This document shows positions 1-10,658 of a stretch of 64,000 nt of DNA, piece after piece. The position numbers were made by a program, and so were the translations under genes. Every line of letters begins with the position of its first letter. Within the stretch, counting starts at the first letter, position 1. The notes beneath the pieces are model-generated. The model was given only the letters and a program-made list of their open reading frames with translations. It ran no database searches and had not been told where the DNA came from. Location of the stretch: contig JAPMXV010000023.1 in assembly GCA_026936335.1 (NCBI GenBank), positions 1 to 64,000 on the forward strand. The letters run 5' to 3'. Source of the stretch: Mantamonas sphyraenae STR306. Lineage: Eukaryota > Protista > CRuMs.

Positions 1-188
1 TAACCCTACCCTAACCCTAACCCTAACCCCTAACCCTAACCCTAACCCTAACCCTAACCCTAACCCTAACCCTAACCCTAACCCTAACCCTAACCCTAAC
101 CCTAACCCTAACCCTAACGCTAATCCTAACCCTAACCCTAACCCTAACCCTAACCCTAACCCTAACCCTAACCCTAACTCTGGCCCTA
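1..188. repeat. Telomeric repeat array (TAACCC)n = TTAGGG on minus strand, degenerating at the inner edge
   Basis: Tandem TAACCC from base 1 with a few variants (TACCC, TAACCCC, TAACGC, TAATCC), ending in TAACTCTGGCCCTA. The C-rich strand at the 5' end is what a left chromosome terminus should show. Confidence 0.98.
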
Positions 189-465
189 AGATTCTGTTTC
201 GAGGCCCTTGTGGTGTGTTTAGCGTGGTCCGGTCTAGGTCGTGTGAGTCGTGCTTGAGTTGCTGGCGGGGAGGCTGAGTTGGGTGGTGACGTGGGGCAGT
301 GGGCAATGGGTGGGAGTGAAGATGTTGGTTGAAAGTGGCCGTCGTCCTGCAACGCCGCGCACTCAGCACTGCCCATCCGCCTTCAACCAAAGTATCACCA
401 ACACCCACAACACCGTCCACCAGTCCAACACCATCCACATACACTCCACTACCTCCACCACCATC

Positions 466-3400
466 ATGGACGACGACTACTCAAGCACTCCGAAGCAGCA
501 ACACACACCCAACACCTACCCAGCGTGCGTTCTGCCTTCCATTCCGTTTTCTGACTGCCCGCTTCTCCCGCTTCCTTGCCCCGTCCATGCCTCCGTCGCT
601 TCCCTGTACTCCTCTCCTGCATCTCCACTTCACCATCACCACCCCTGCTGTCTTCTCCGCTCTTCTTCGATCCCCTCTCCCCTGTCACTGCCCTCCCCGT
701 TGCCAGTTTTCTCGTCAGCCAATCTCCTCCGTTTTCCCTCTCTGCTCGTTCCAGCCTCCCTCCACCCCGCTTCTGCCCTGACGGCGTCCATTCCGCCTTC
801 CGCTCACCGTTTCCACCCCGCCCTCACCCTCCCCGTCTTCCCACAGCTACGCGTACATGGTCCCTCCCATGGCTGCCCAGCCGTTTCCGAACATGCTGCC
901 CGCCTCTGGCGTACAAAACCCGTACCAGCACCCACAACCACCCGTTGTCTGGGTCCCTGTCAACACCCAACCTCAGCAGCACCACGCATATGCTCACCAG
1001 GGCCACCCATACTACGCCTACCCTCCTCCGCCGCCTCCTCAGCCGCGACAAATTGCCCAGATGCACTTCGCTCAGACTCCGTTACACCGTCCGCCTGCTC
1101 AACCCGCCACAAACCACAACCGCGTCCCCAATCGCGTCAGCCCTGCCTTTGTCGGCATCACACGGACCACATCCACCACCACATCGTCCTCCTCCTCCCA
1201 CCAGGACACACGGCAGACTGGAGACAGCGACGACGACGACGCAGACCAGGACACAGCCACACATGACCCCGGCGACGTGGAGGACCTGATGATCCTGAAC
1301 TTTGGCCACCGTGTACCACCGTCAATCTCCTGCAACTCGGAGTGGGTGACCAGCTCAGGGATGGAGGCGTACGAAGAAGACGGCGAGGCAGACGACGCAA
1401 CCCAGCAGCACGTGGACGACGAGTTGGAAACTCAGGGTCCACTCAGCTCTGCAGACACCAGTGATGCCATGGATGAGGAGTACATGCCGCAAGACGACAG
1501 CGACGACGACGCAGACGACATGGAGCAGGAGGACACGGACGAATGGCAGCCGAGACGCACAGGTAGAGGCCACACGCGACGACGCAGAGGCAGATCCAGC
1601 CTTCCCACTGGTTCACACACGGTGAAAGGCAGCGGACAGCGCAGACTCAGGGTCACGGCTGGCAGTGGCACAGAGACAGGAACGTCGAGCACCCGGGCAA
1701 GGAGGGCCAAGAACGGAGACAACGGGACAAAGAAGGGGTCAGGGGCGGAGAAGTCGAACAAGTTGCCAGAAGGTGTTGTGCGCAAAGGGTGGACAGCAGG
1801 ACACAGTGACGAGCGCAGCCGCAGCAACAAGAAGGAGCACACGGCACTGCTGAACCACATGCACACTCTGGCCAACGAGCATCCCATCAACGACATCCCC
1901 GACATCATGACCCTGCAGGCGCGTGTTGTGGTCTGCAATGGCACCCTGCGCACGCTGGTCCGACAGCTCCTGCTCGCTCTGGGCAACATTCCCCTCTCCC
2001 AGGGCGACATGGCACTCTGCCTCACCCTTCTCGGCCTTGACATGGATCAACAGACGTGCAGAAATGCCATCCACCACGCTGGTCTGGCCCTGGGTATCAC
2101 AAAGGCTGGGTTGAAGGTGTGCTGGCTGGAGGAACCACACGACCACGGCGACCCCAACTACGCCCTCCTCAACCTGCTCATGACAGAGATGGACACTCTT
2201 GGCGACAGACCCCATCCCACCACCTGGAAGGAGCACGAGCAGACCCAGCTGTTGCTGCAGGAAGCACGACGCCCTGATGACAACGACAGCGACCCACACT
2301 GGACACAATGCGACTACGACCACCATCTTCCCACCACCAACAAGGTGGACAAGTGGAATCCCGTGTCTGTGCGCAGTGGCTGGAACAGTGGCCCTACCAG
2401 CGACGAGCGTGGCAGCTGCACGGCGCGGGAGTTCCAGACGCTGCTGGCACACATGAAGGCACGCGCAGCCAAGCACCCTCGCCATATCCACACACACGAG
2501 AACCATGCACTGCGTGAGCTGATCAACAACGCCAGCAAGGTGTCCCTTGTGCGACACATCATTCTGGCGCTGGGCAATGTTGGCGTGCCGCCTGTCGACC
2601 TGGCCTTCTTTTTCCGCCTCATTAGACCACGCCTCACCTACAAGCAGGTTCAACAGGTCATCAGCAACACCCTCTCGCGCGGTGTCACCGCCCTCTCCCT
2701 CAAGATCGCCTGGTTGGACAACCCCCATCCCAGCGACGCCACACTGCACACCCTCCTCCACACCCTCATCGACCGCATCACACCCCACATCAACACCCGC
2801 CCTACCACCACTGACGCGGTCAACGCCCTCGACATCCCCAAGCTTGATCTGCCCGAGCCAACAGAGGAGGAGAAGATGGCCGTGGAGGATGAACTGCCAG
2901 ATGGCGTTGTGCGCAGTGGCTGGACGCACTGGCGCAAGAGCGAGCGCAGCCACAGCAACAAGAAGGAGCACACGGCACTGCTGAACCACATGCACACTCT
3001 GGCCAATGAGCATCCCACCGACGACATCCCCGACCTCATGACCCTGCAGGCGCGTGTTGTGGTCTGCCATGGCAACCTGAACACGCTGGTCCGACAGATT
3101 CAGCTCGCTCTGGGCAACATTCCCCTCTCACAGGGCGACATGGCCTTCTTTCTCACCCTTCTCGGCCGAGACATGGATCAAAATGCGTGCTTCCTTGCCA
3201 TCCGCGACGCTGGTCTGGCCACAGGTGTGACAGAGGCTGGGTTGAAGGTGTGCTGGCTGGAGGAGCCACACGACCACGGCGACCCCAACTACGCCCTCCT
3301 CAACCTGCTCATGACAGAGATGGACACTCTCGGCGAATGGCCCCCTCCCACCACCTGGAAGGAGCACAAGCAGACCCAGCTGTTGCTGCAGGAAGCACGA

Positions 3401-4057
3401 CGCCCTGATGACAACGACAGCGACCCACACTGGACACAATGCGACTACGACCACCACCTCACCACTACCAAGGTGGACAAGTGGCATCCTGAGTCTGTGC
3501 GCAGTGGTTGGATCAATGGTCTCAGCGACGAGCGTGGCAGCTGCACGGCGCGGGAGTTCCAGACGCTGCTGGCACACATGAAGGCACGTGCAGCCAAGTA
3601 CCCTCGCCATCAGCATGCGCACGAGAACCATGCACTGCGTGAGCTGATCAACAACGGCCGCAAGCAGTCTCTGGTGCGACACATCATCCTGGCGCTGGGC
3701 AACGTTGGCGTGCCGCCTGTCGACCTGGCCTTCTTTGTTCGCCTCCTCAGACCACGCCTCACCTACAGGCAGGTGCAAAGTGCCATCACTGGCACCCTCA
3801 TCCGAGGCGTCACCTCCCTCTCCCTCAAGATCGCCTGGCTCGACAACCCCAAACCCAGCGACGCCACACTGCACACCCTCCTGCACACCCTCATCGACCG
3901 CATCACACCCCACATCACCACCCGCCCCACCACCGTCGCACTCATCAACGCCTACCCCATCCCCTCCTTCACCCTCCCCAAGCGCAAAGACCCTTCCTCT
4001 TCCTCCTCCTCCTCCTCCTCCTCCTCCTCCTCCTCGAAACGGCAACGCCTCGAATGA
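466..4057 (+). CDS. Subtelomeric modular repeat protein, copy 1 (ABAB), unknown family, predicted nuclear; join(466..524,847..4057)
   Basis: Exon 1 MDDDYSSTPKQQHTPNTYP, donor GTGCGT at 525, pyrimidine-rich intron ending CACAG at 846, in frame with the 1066-aa ORF. P/Q-rich then acidic then basic N-terminus, two ~377-aa AB units, C-terminal KRK...KRQRLE NLS-like tail. Confidence 0.85.
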
Positions 4058-4307
4058 ACCACCCTTCATTCCCACTCCCTCCCACTCACCCACCCTTCCC
4101 ACCCTCTCTCCTCCACATACTCCTCCATCCCACCACACCCAAACATCGCCTCCCTCTCCTCCCCATTCATCACCAACGCCACCTCCATCGCCTCATCCAC
4201 CTGTGCACCCCACCCATCTGCCTTCAACCAAAATATCACCAACACCCACAACATCCCTCCACCAGTCCAACACAATCCACATACACTCCAATACCACCGC
4301 CACCACC

Positions 4308-7300
4308 ATGGACAAGGACTACTCAAGCACTCCGAAGCAACAACACCCACCCAACACCTACCCAGCGTGCGTTCTGCCTTCCACTCCGTTTTCTGACTGC
4401 CCGCTTCTCCCGCTTCCTTGCCTCCTTCTTGCCTCTGTCGCTTCCCTGCACTCCTCCCCTGCATCTCCCCTTCCCCATCATCACCTCTGCTGTTTTCTCC
4501 GCTCTTTTCCGATCCCATCCCCCCTGTCACTGCCCTCCCCGTTGCCAGTTTCCCCGTCTGCCAATCTCTTCCGTTTTCCCTCTTTGCTCGTTCCAGCCTC
4601 CCTTCACCGCCGCTTCTGCCCTGACGGCGTCCATTGCACCTCCCGCTCACCGTTCCCACCCCGCCCATCCCCCTCCCGTCTCCCCACAGCTACGGGTACA
4701 TGGTCCCTCCCATGGCTGCCCAGCCGTTTCCGAACATGCCACCCGGCCAAGTCGTCCAAACCCCGTACCAGCACCCACAATCACCCATCATCTGGGTCCC
4801 TGTCAACACCCATCCCCAGCGACACCACGCGTATGCTCATCAGGGCCACCCATACTACCCCTACCCTCCTCCGCCGCCTCCTCAGCCGCGACAAGCCGCC
4901 CAGATGCACTTCGCTCAGACTTCGTTTCACCCTCCGCCTGCTCAACCCACCACAAACCACAACCGCGTCCCCAAACGCATCAGCCCTGCCTTTGTTGGTA
5001 TCACACGGACCACATCCACCACCACATCGTCGTCCTCCTCCCACCAGGCCACACGGCAGACTGGAGACAGCGACGACGACGACGCAGACCAGGATACACA
5101 CACACATGACACCGGCGACGTGGAAGACCTCATGTTCCTGAACTTTGGCCACCGTGAACCACGGTCAGTCTCCAGCAACACAGAGTGGATGACCAGCTCA
5201 GGGATGGAGGCGTACGAAGAAGACGGCGAGGCAAACGACGCAACCCAGCAGCAAGGGGACGACGAGTTGGACACTCAGGGAGGACTCAGCTTTGCAGACA
5301 CTGGTGATGCCATGGATGAGGAGTACATGCCGCAAGATGACAGCGACAACGACACAGACGACATAGAGCAGGAGGACAGGGACGAATGGCAGCCGAGACG
5401 CACAAGTAGAGGCCACAAGCGACGAGGAAACCACGCCAGTCGTCGTACCGGTTCACAACAGGTGAAAGGCAGCGGACAGCGCAGGCTCAGGGTCACGGCT
5501 GGCAGTGGCACCGAGACAGGAACGTCGAGCACACGGGCAAGGAGGGACAAGAACGGAGACACCGGCGCTGGGAAGTCAGCAAGCGTGAATAAGAAGAACA
5601 AGTTGCCAGATGGAGTTGTGCGCAAAGGGTGGGCGGTTGGTGGTGACCACTGTGATCGCAGCCACAGCAACAAGAAGGAGCACACGGCACTGCTGAACCA
5701 CATGCACACCCTGGCCAACGATCATCCCATCGACAATATCCCCGACATCATGGCACTGCAGGCGCGCGTTGTGGTCTGCAATGGCACCCTGTTGACGCTG
5801 GTCCGACAGATTCAGCTCGCTCTGGGCAACATTCCCCTCTCCCAGGGCGACATGGCCTTCTGCGTCAACCTTCTCGGTCGAAATGAGTATCGATTGGCGT
5901 GCAGAAAAGCCATCCACCACGCTGGTCTGGCCATGGGTGTGACCAAGGCTGGGTTGAAGGTGTGCTGGATGGAGAAGCCACACGACCACGGCGACCCCAA
6001 CTACGCCCTCCTCCACCTGCTCATGACAGAGATGGACACTCTTGGCGACAGACCCCATCCCACCACCTGGAAGGAGCACAAGCAGACCCAGCTGTGGCTG
6101 CAGGAAGCACGACGCCCCGCTGACAACGACAGCGACCCACACTGGACACAATGCGACTACGACCACCACCTTGCCACCACCAATGTGGAAAAGTGGCATC
6201 CCGAGTCTGTGCGCAGTGGCTGGAGCAACGGTCCCAGCGACGAGCGTGGCAGCTGCACGGCGCGGGAGTTCCAGACGCTGCTGGCACACATGAAGGCACG
6301 CGCAGCCAAGCACCCTCGCCATGAGCACACACACGAGCACCAGGCACTGCGTGAGCTGATCAACAACGGCAGCAAGCAGTCCCTGCTGCGACACATCATC
6401 CTGGCGCTGGGCAACGTTGGCGTGCCGCCTGTCGACCTGGCCTTCTTTGTCCGCCTCCTCCGGCCACACCTCACCTACAAGAAGATGCGAAATGCTATCA
6501 GCGACACCCTCACTCGTGGCGTCACCTCCCTCTCCCTCATGATCGCCTGGTTGGACAACCCCAAACCCAGCGACGCCACACTGCACACCCTCTTGCACAC
6601 CCTCATCGACCGCATCACACCCCACATCAACACCCGCCCCACCACAGTCGACGCCGTCAACGCCCTCTACATCCCCGAGCTTGTTTTGCCCGAGCCCACA
6701 GAGGAGGAAGTGGTGGCCGTGGAGGATGGACTGCCAGATGGAGTTGTGCGCAGTGGTTGGACGTCATGGCGCAAGAGCGAGCGCAGCCACAGCAACAAGA
6801 AGGAGCACACGGCACTGCTGAACCACATGCACACTCTGGCCAACGAGCATCGCATCGACGACATCCCCGACCTCATCACCCTGCAGGCTCGCGTTGTGGT
6901 CTGCCATGGCACCCTGACCACGCTGGTCCGACAGATTCAGCTCGCTCTGGGCAACATTCCCCTCTCCCAGGGCGACATGGCCTTCTGCCTCACCTTTCTC
7001 GACCGTGACATGGATCAACTGGCGTGCAGCCAAACCATCATCAAAGCTGGTCTGGCCATGGGTGTGACAGAGGCTGGGTTGAAGGTGTGCTGGCTGGAGG
7101 AGCCACACGACCACGGCGACCCCAACTACGCCCTCCTCCACCTCCTCCTGACAGAGATTGACACTCTCGGCGACAGGCCCCATCCCACTACCTGGAAGAA
7201 GCACAAGCAGACCCAGCTGTGGCTGCAGGAAGCACGACGCCGTGCTGACAACGACAGCGACCCACACTGGACACAATGCGACTACGACCACCACCTCACC

Positions 7301-7876
7301 ACCACCACGGTAGACAAGTGGTATCCTGAGTCTGTGCGCAGTGGCTGGAGCACCAACCTCTACAACGACGAGCGTGGCAGCTGCACGGCGCGGGAGTTCC
7401 AGACGCTGCTAGCACACATGAAGGCACGCGCAGCCAAACACCCTCGCCATCAGCACGAACACGAGCACCATGCACTGCGTGAGATGATCAACAACGGCAA
7501 CCTGCTGTCCCTGCTGCGACACATCATCCTGGCGCTGGGCAACGTTGGCGTGCCGCCTGTCGACCTGGCCTTCTTTGTCCGCCTCCTCAGGCCACGCATC
7601 ACCTACCAGCAGGTCTGCCCTGCCATCAGCGCCACCCTCACCCGCGGCGTCACCTCCCTCTCCCTCAAGATCGCCTGGCTCGACAACCCCCAACCCAGCG
7701 ACGCTACACTGCACACCCTCCTCCACACCCTCATCGACCGCATCACACCCCACATCTCCACCCGTCCGACCACCGTCGCACTCGTCAACGCCTACCCCAT
7801 CCCCCCGCTCACCCTCGCCAAGCGCAAAGAACCTTCCTCCTCCTCATCCTCCTCGAAACGCCAACGCCTCGAATGA
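4308..7876 (+). CDS. Subtelomeric modular repeat protein, copy 2 (ABAB); join(4308..4366,4690..7876)
   Basis: Same exon 1, intron position and splice signals as copy 1. ORF intact and highly similar. Confidence 0.85.
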
Positions 7877-8182
7877 ACCACCCTTTCGTTCCCACACCCT
7901 TCCCACTCACCCTCCCCTCTCCAGCCACCCAATCACCCTCTCTATCACCTCATTCGTCAGTGTCACCCACCCTCCCACCCTCTCTCCTCCACATACGCCT
8001 CCATCCCACCACACCCAAACATCGCCTTCCCCTCTTCCCCATTCATCACCAACCCCGTCTCTTTAGCCTCATCCACCTGTGCAGCCCACCCATCTGCCTT
8101 CAACAAAAATATCACCAACACCCACAACACCCGCCACCTGTCCAACGCAATCCACATACACTCCAGTTGCACCACCGCCACC

Positions 8183-10629
8183 ATGGACAAGGACTACTCA
8201 AGCACTCCGAAGCAACAACACACACCGAACACCTACCCAGCGTGCGTTCTGCCTTCCACTCCGTTTTCTGACTGCCCACTTCTCCCGCTGCCATGCCTCC
8301 TCCATGCCTCCGTCGCTTCGCTGCACTCCTCCCCTGCCTCTCCACTTCCCCGTCACCGCTGTTGCTGCCTTTTCCGCTCTTCTCCGATCCCCTCCCCCCT
8401 GTCACTGCCCTCCCCGTTGCCAGTTTTCCGGTCTGCTCATCTCCTCCGTTTTCCCTCTCTGCTCGTTCCAGCTTCCCTTCACCCCGCCTCTCCCCTGACG
8501 GCGTCCATCCCGCCTTCCACTCACCGGTCCCTCCCCACCCTGCCCCTCCGCGTCTCCCCCACAGCTACGCGTACATGGTCCCTCCCATGGCTGCCCAGCC
8601 GTTTCCGAACATGATGCCCGTCTCTGGCGTACAAAACCCGTACCAGCACCCACAACCACCCATCATCTGGGTCCCTGTCAACACCCACTCCCAGCAGCAC
8701 TACGCATATGCTCACCAGGGCCACCCATACTACGCCTACCCTCCTCCGCCGCCTCCTCAGCCGCGACAAACCGCCCAGATGCACTTCGCTCAGCCTCCGC
8801 TGCACCGTCCGCCTGCTCAACCCACCACAAACCACAACCGCGTCCCCAAACGCGTCAGCCCTGCCTTTGTCGGCCTCACACGGACTACATCCACCACCAC
8901 ATCGTCGTCGTCCTCCCACCAGGCCACACGGCAGACTGGAGACAGCGACGACGACGACGCAGACCAGGATACACACACACATGACACCGGCGACGTGGAG
9001 GACCTGATGTTCCTGAACTTTGGCCACCATGAACCACGGACAACCTCCAGCAACTCAGATTGGATGACCAGCTCAGGGATGAAGGCGTTCGAAGAAGACG
9101 GCGAGGCAGACGACGCAACCCAGCAGCAAGTGGACGACGAGTTGGAAACTCAGGGTGCACTCAGCTTCGCAGACACTGATGATGCCATGGATGAGGAGTA
9201 CATGCCGCAAGACGACAGCGACGACGACACAGACGACTTGGAGCTTGAGGACATGGACGAATGGCAGCCGAGACGCACAGGAAGAGTACGCACACGACGA
9301 CGCAGAGGCCTCACCAGTACTGGTCCACAGAAGATGAAAGGCAGTGGACAGCGCAGGCTCAGGGTCACGGCTGGCAGTGGCACAGAGACAGGAACGTCGA
9401 GCACACGGGCAAGGAGGGCGGAGAACGGAGACACCGGTGCACGGAAGAAAGCAGGCGTAGACAAGACGAACAAGTTGCCGGATGGAGTTGTGCGCAAAGG
9501 GTGGACAGGGGGACACAGTGACGAGCGCAGCCACAGCGACAAGGAGGAGCACACGGCACTGCTGATCCACATGCACACTCTGGCCAACGAGCATCGCGTC
9601 GACGACATTCCCGACCTCATGACCCTCCAGGCGCGTGTTGTGGTCTGCCATGGCACCCTGACCACGCTGGTCCGACAGATTCAGCTCGTTCTGGGCAATA
9701 TTCCCCTCTCCCAGGGCGACATGGCCTTCTGCCTCACCCTTCTCGGCCGTGACATGGATCAACATGCGTGCAGCCGTGCCATCATCAGCGCTGGTCTGGC
9801 CGTGGGTGTGTCAAAGGCTGGGTTGAAGGTGTGCTGGCTGGAAGAGCCACACGACCACGGCGACCCCAACTACGCCCTCCTCCACCTGATCATGACAGAG
9901 ATGGACACTTTCGGCAGCAGAGCCCATCCCGCCACCTGGAAGGAGCACAAGGAGACCCAGCTGTGGCTGCAGAAAGCACGACGCCCAGCTGACAACGACA
10001 GCGACCCACACTGGACTCAATGCGACTACGACCATCACCTTGCCACCACCACGGTGGAAAAGTGGGAACCAGAGTCTGTGCGCAGTGGCTGGGCAACGCA
10101 CAATCCCAGCGACGAGCGTGGCAGCTGCACGGCGTGGGAGTTCCAGACGCTGCTGACACACATGAAGGCACGCACAGCCAAGCACCCTCGCCATCAGCAT
10201 ACACATGAGCACCATGCACTGCGTGAGCTGATCAACAACGGCAGCCTGAATTCCCTTGTGCGACACATCATCCTGGCGCTGGGCAACGTTGGTGTGCCGC
10301 CTGTCGACCTGGCCTTCTTTGTCCGCCTCCTCAGACCACGCCTCACCTACCAGCAGGTGCAAGGTGCCTTCAAGCACCCCCTCACCCGCGGTGTCACCTC
10401 CATCTCCCTCAAAATCGCCTGGCTCGACAACCCCCAACCCAGCGACGCCACACTGCACACCCTCCTCCACACCCTCATCGACCGCATCACACCCCACATC
10501 ACCACCCGCCCCACCACTTTCGCGCTCGTCAACGCCTACCCCATCCCCTCCTTCACCCTGCCCAAGCGCAAAGTCCCTTCCTCTTCCTCCTCCTCCTCCT
10601 CCTCCTCCAAACGCCAGCGCCTGGAATGA
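8183..10629 (+). CDS. Subtelomeric modular repeat protein, copy 3 (single AB unit); join(8183..8241,8565..10629)
   Basis: Same gene structure, with only one A and one B module before the conserved C-terminal tail. Confidence 0.85.
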
Positions 10630-10658
10630 ACCACCCCTTCATTTCCACACCCTCGCAC

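Noticed and set aside
23-376. ORF with (RV)n repeat
   Set aside because: Simple translation of the TTAGGG telomere, with no evidence of a gene.
1760-10560. Diversity-generating retroelement or CRISPR-like mechanism behind the hypervariable patches
   Set aside because: No reverse transcriptase or non-coding template repeat in the window, substitutions in the patches are not adenine-specific, and the repeats are coding modules rather than repeat-spacer units.
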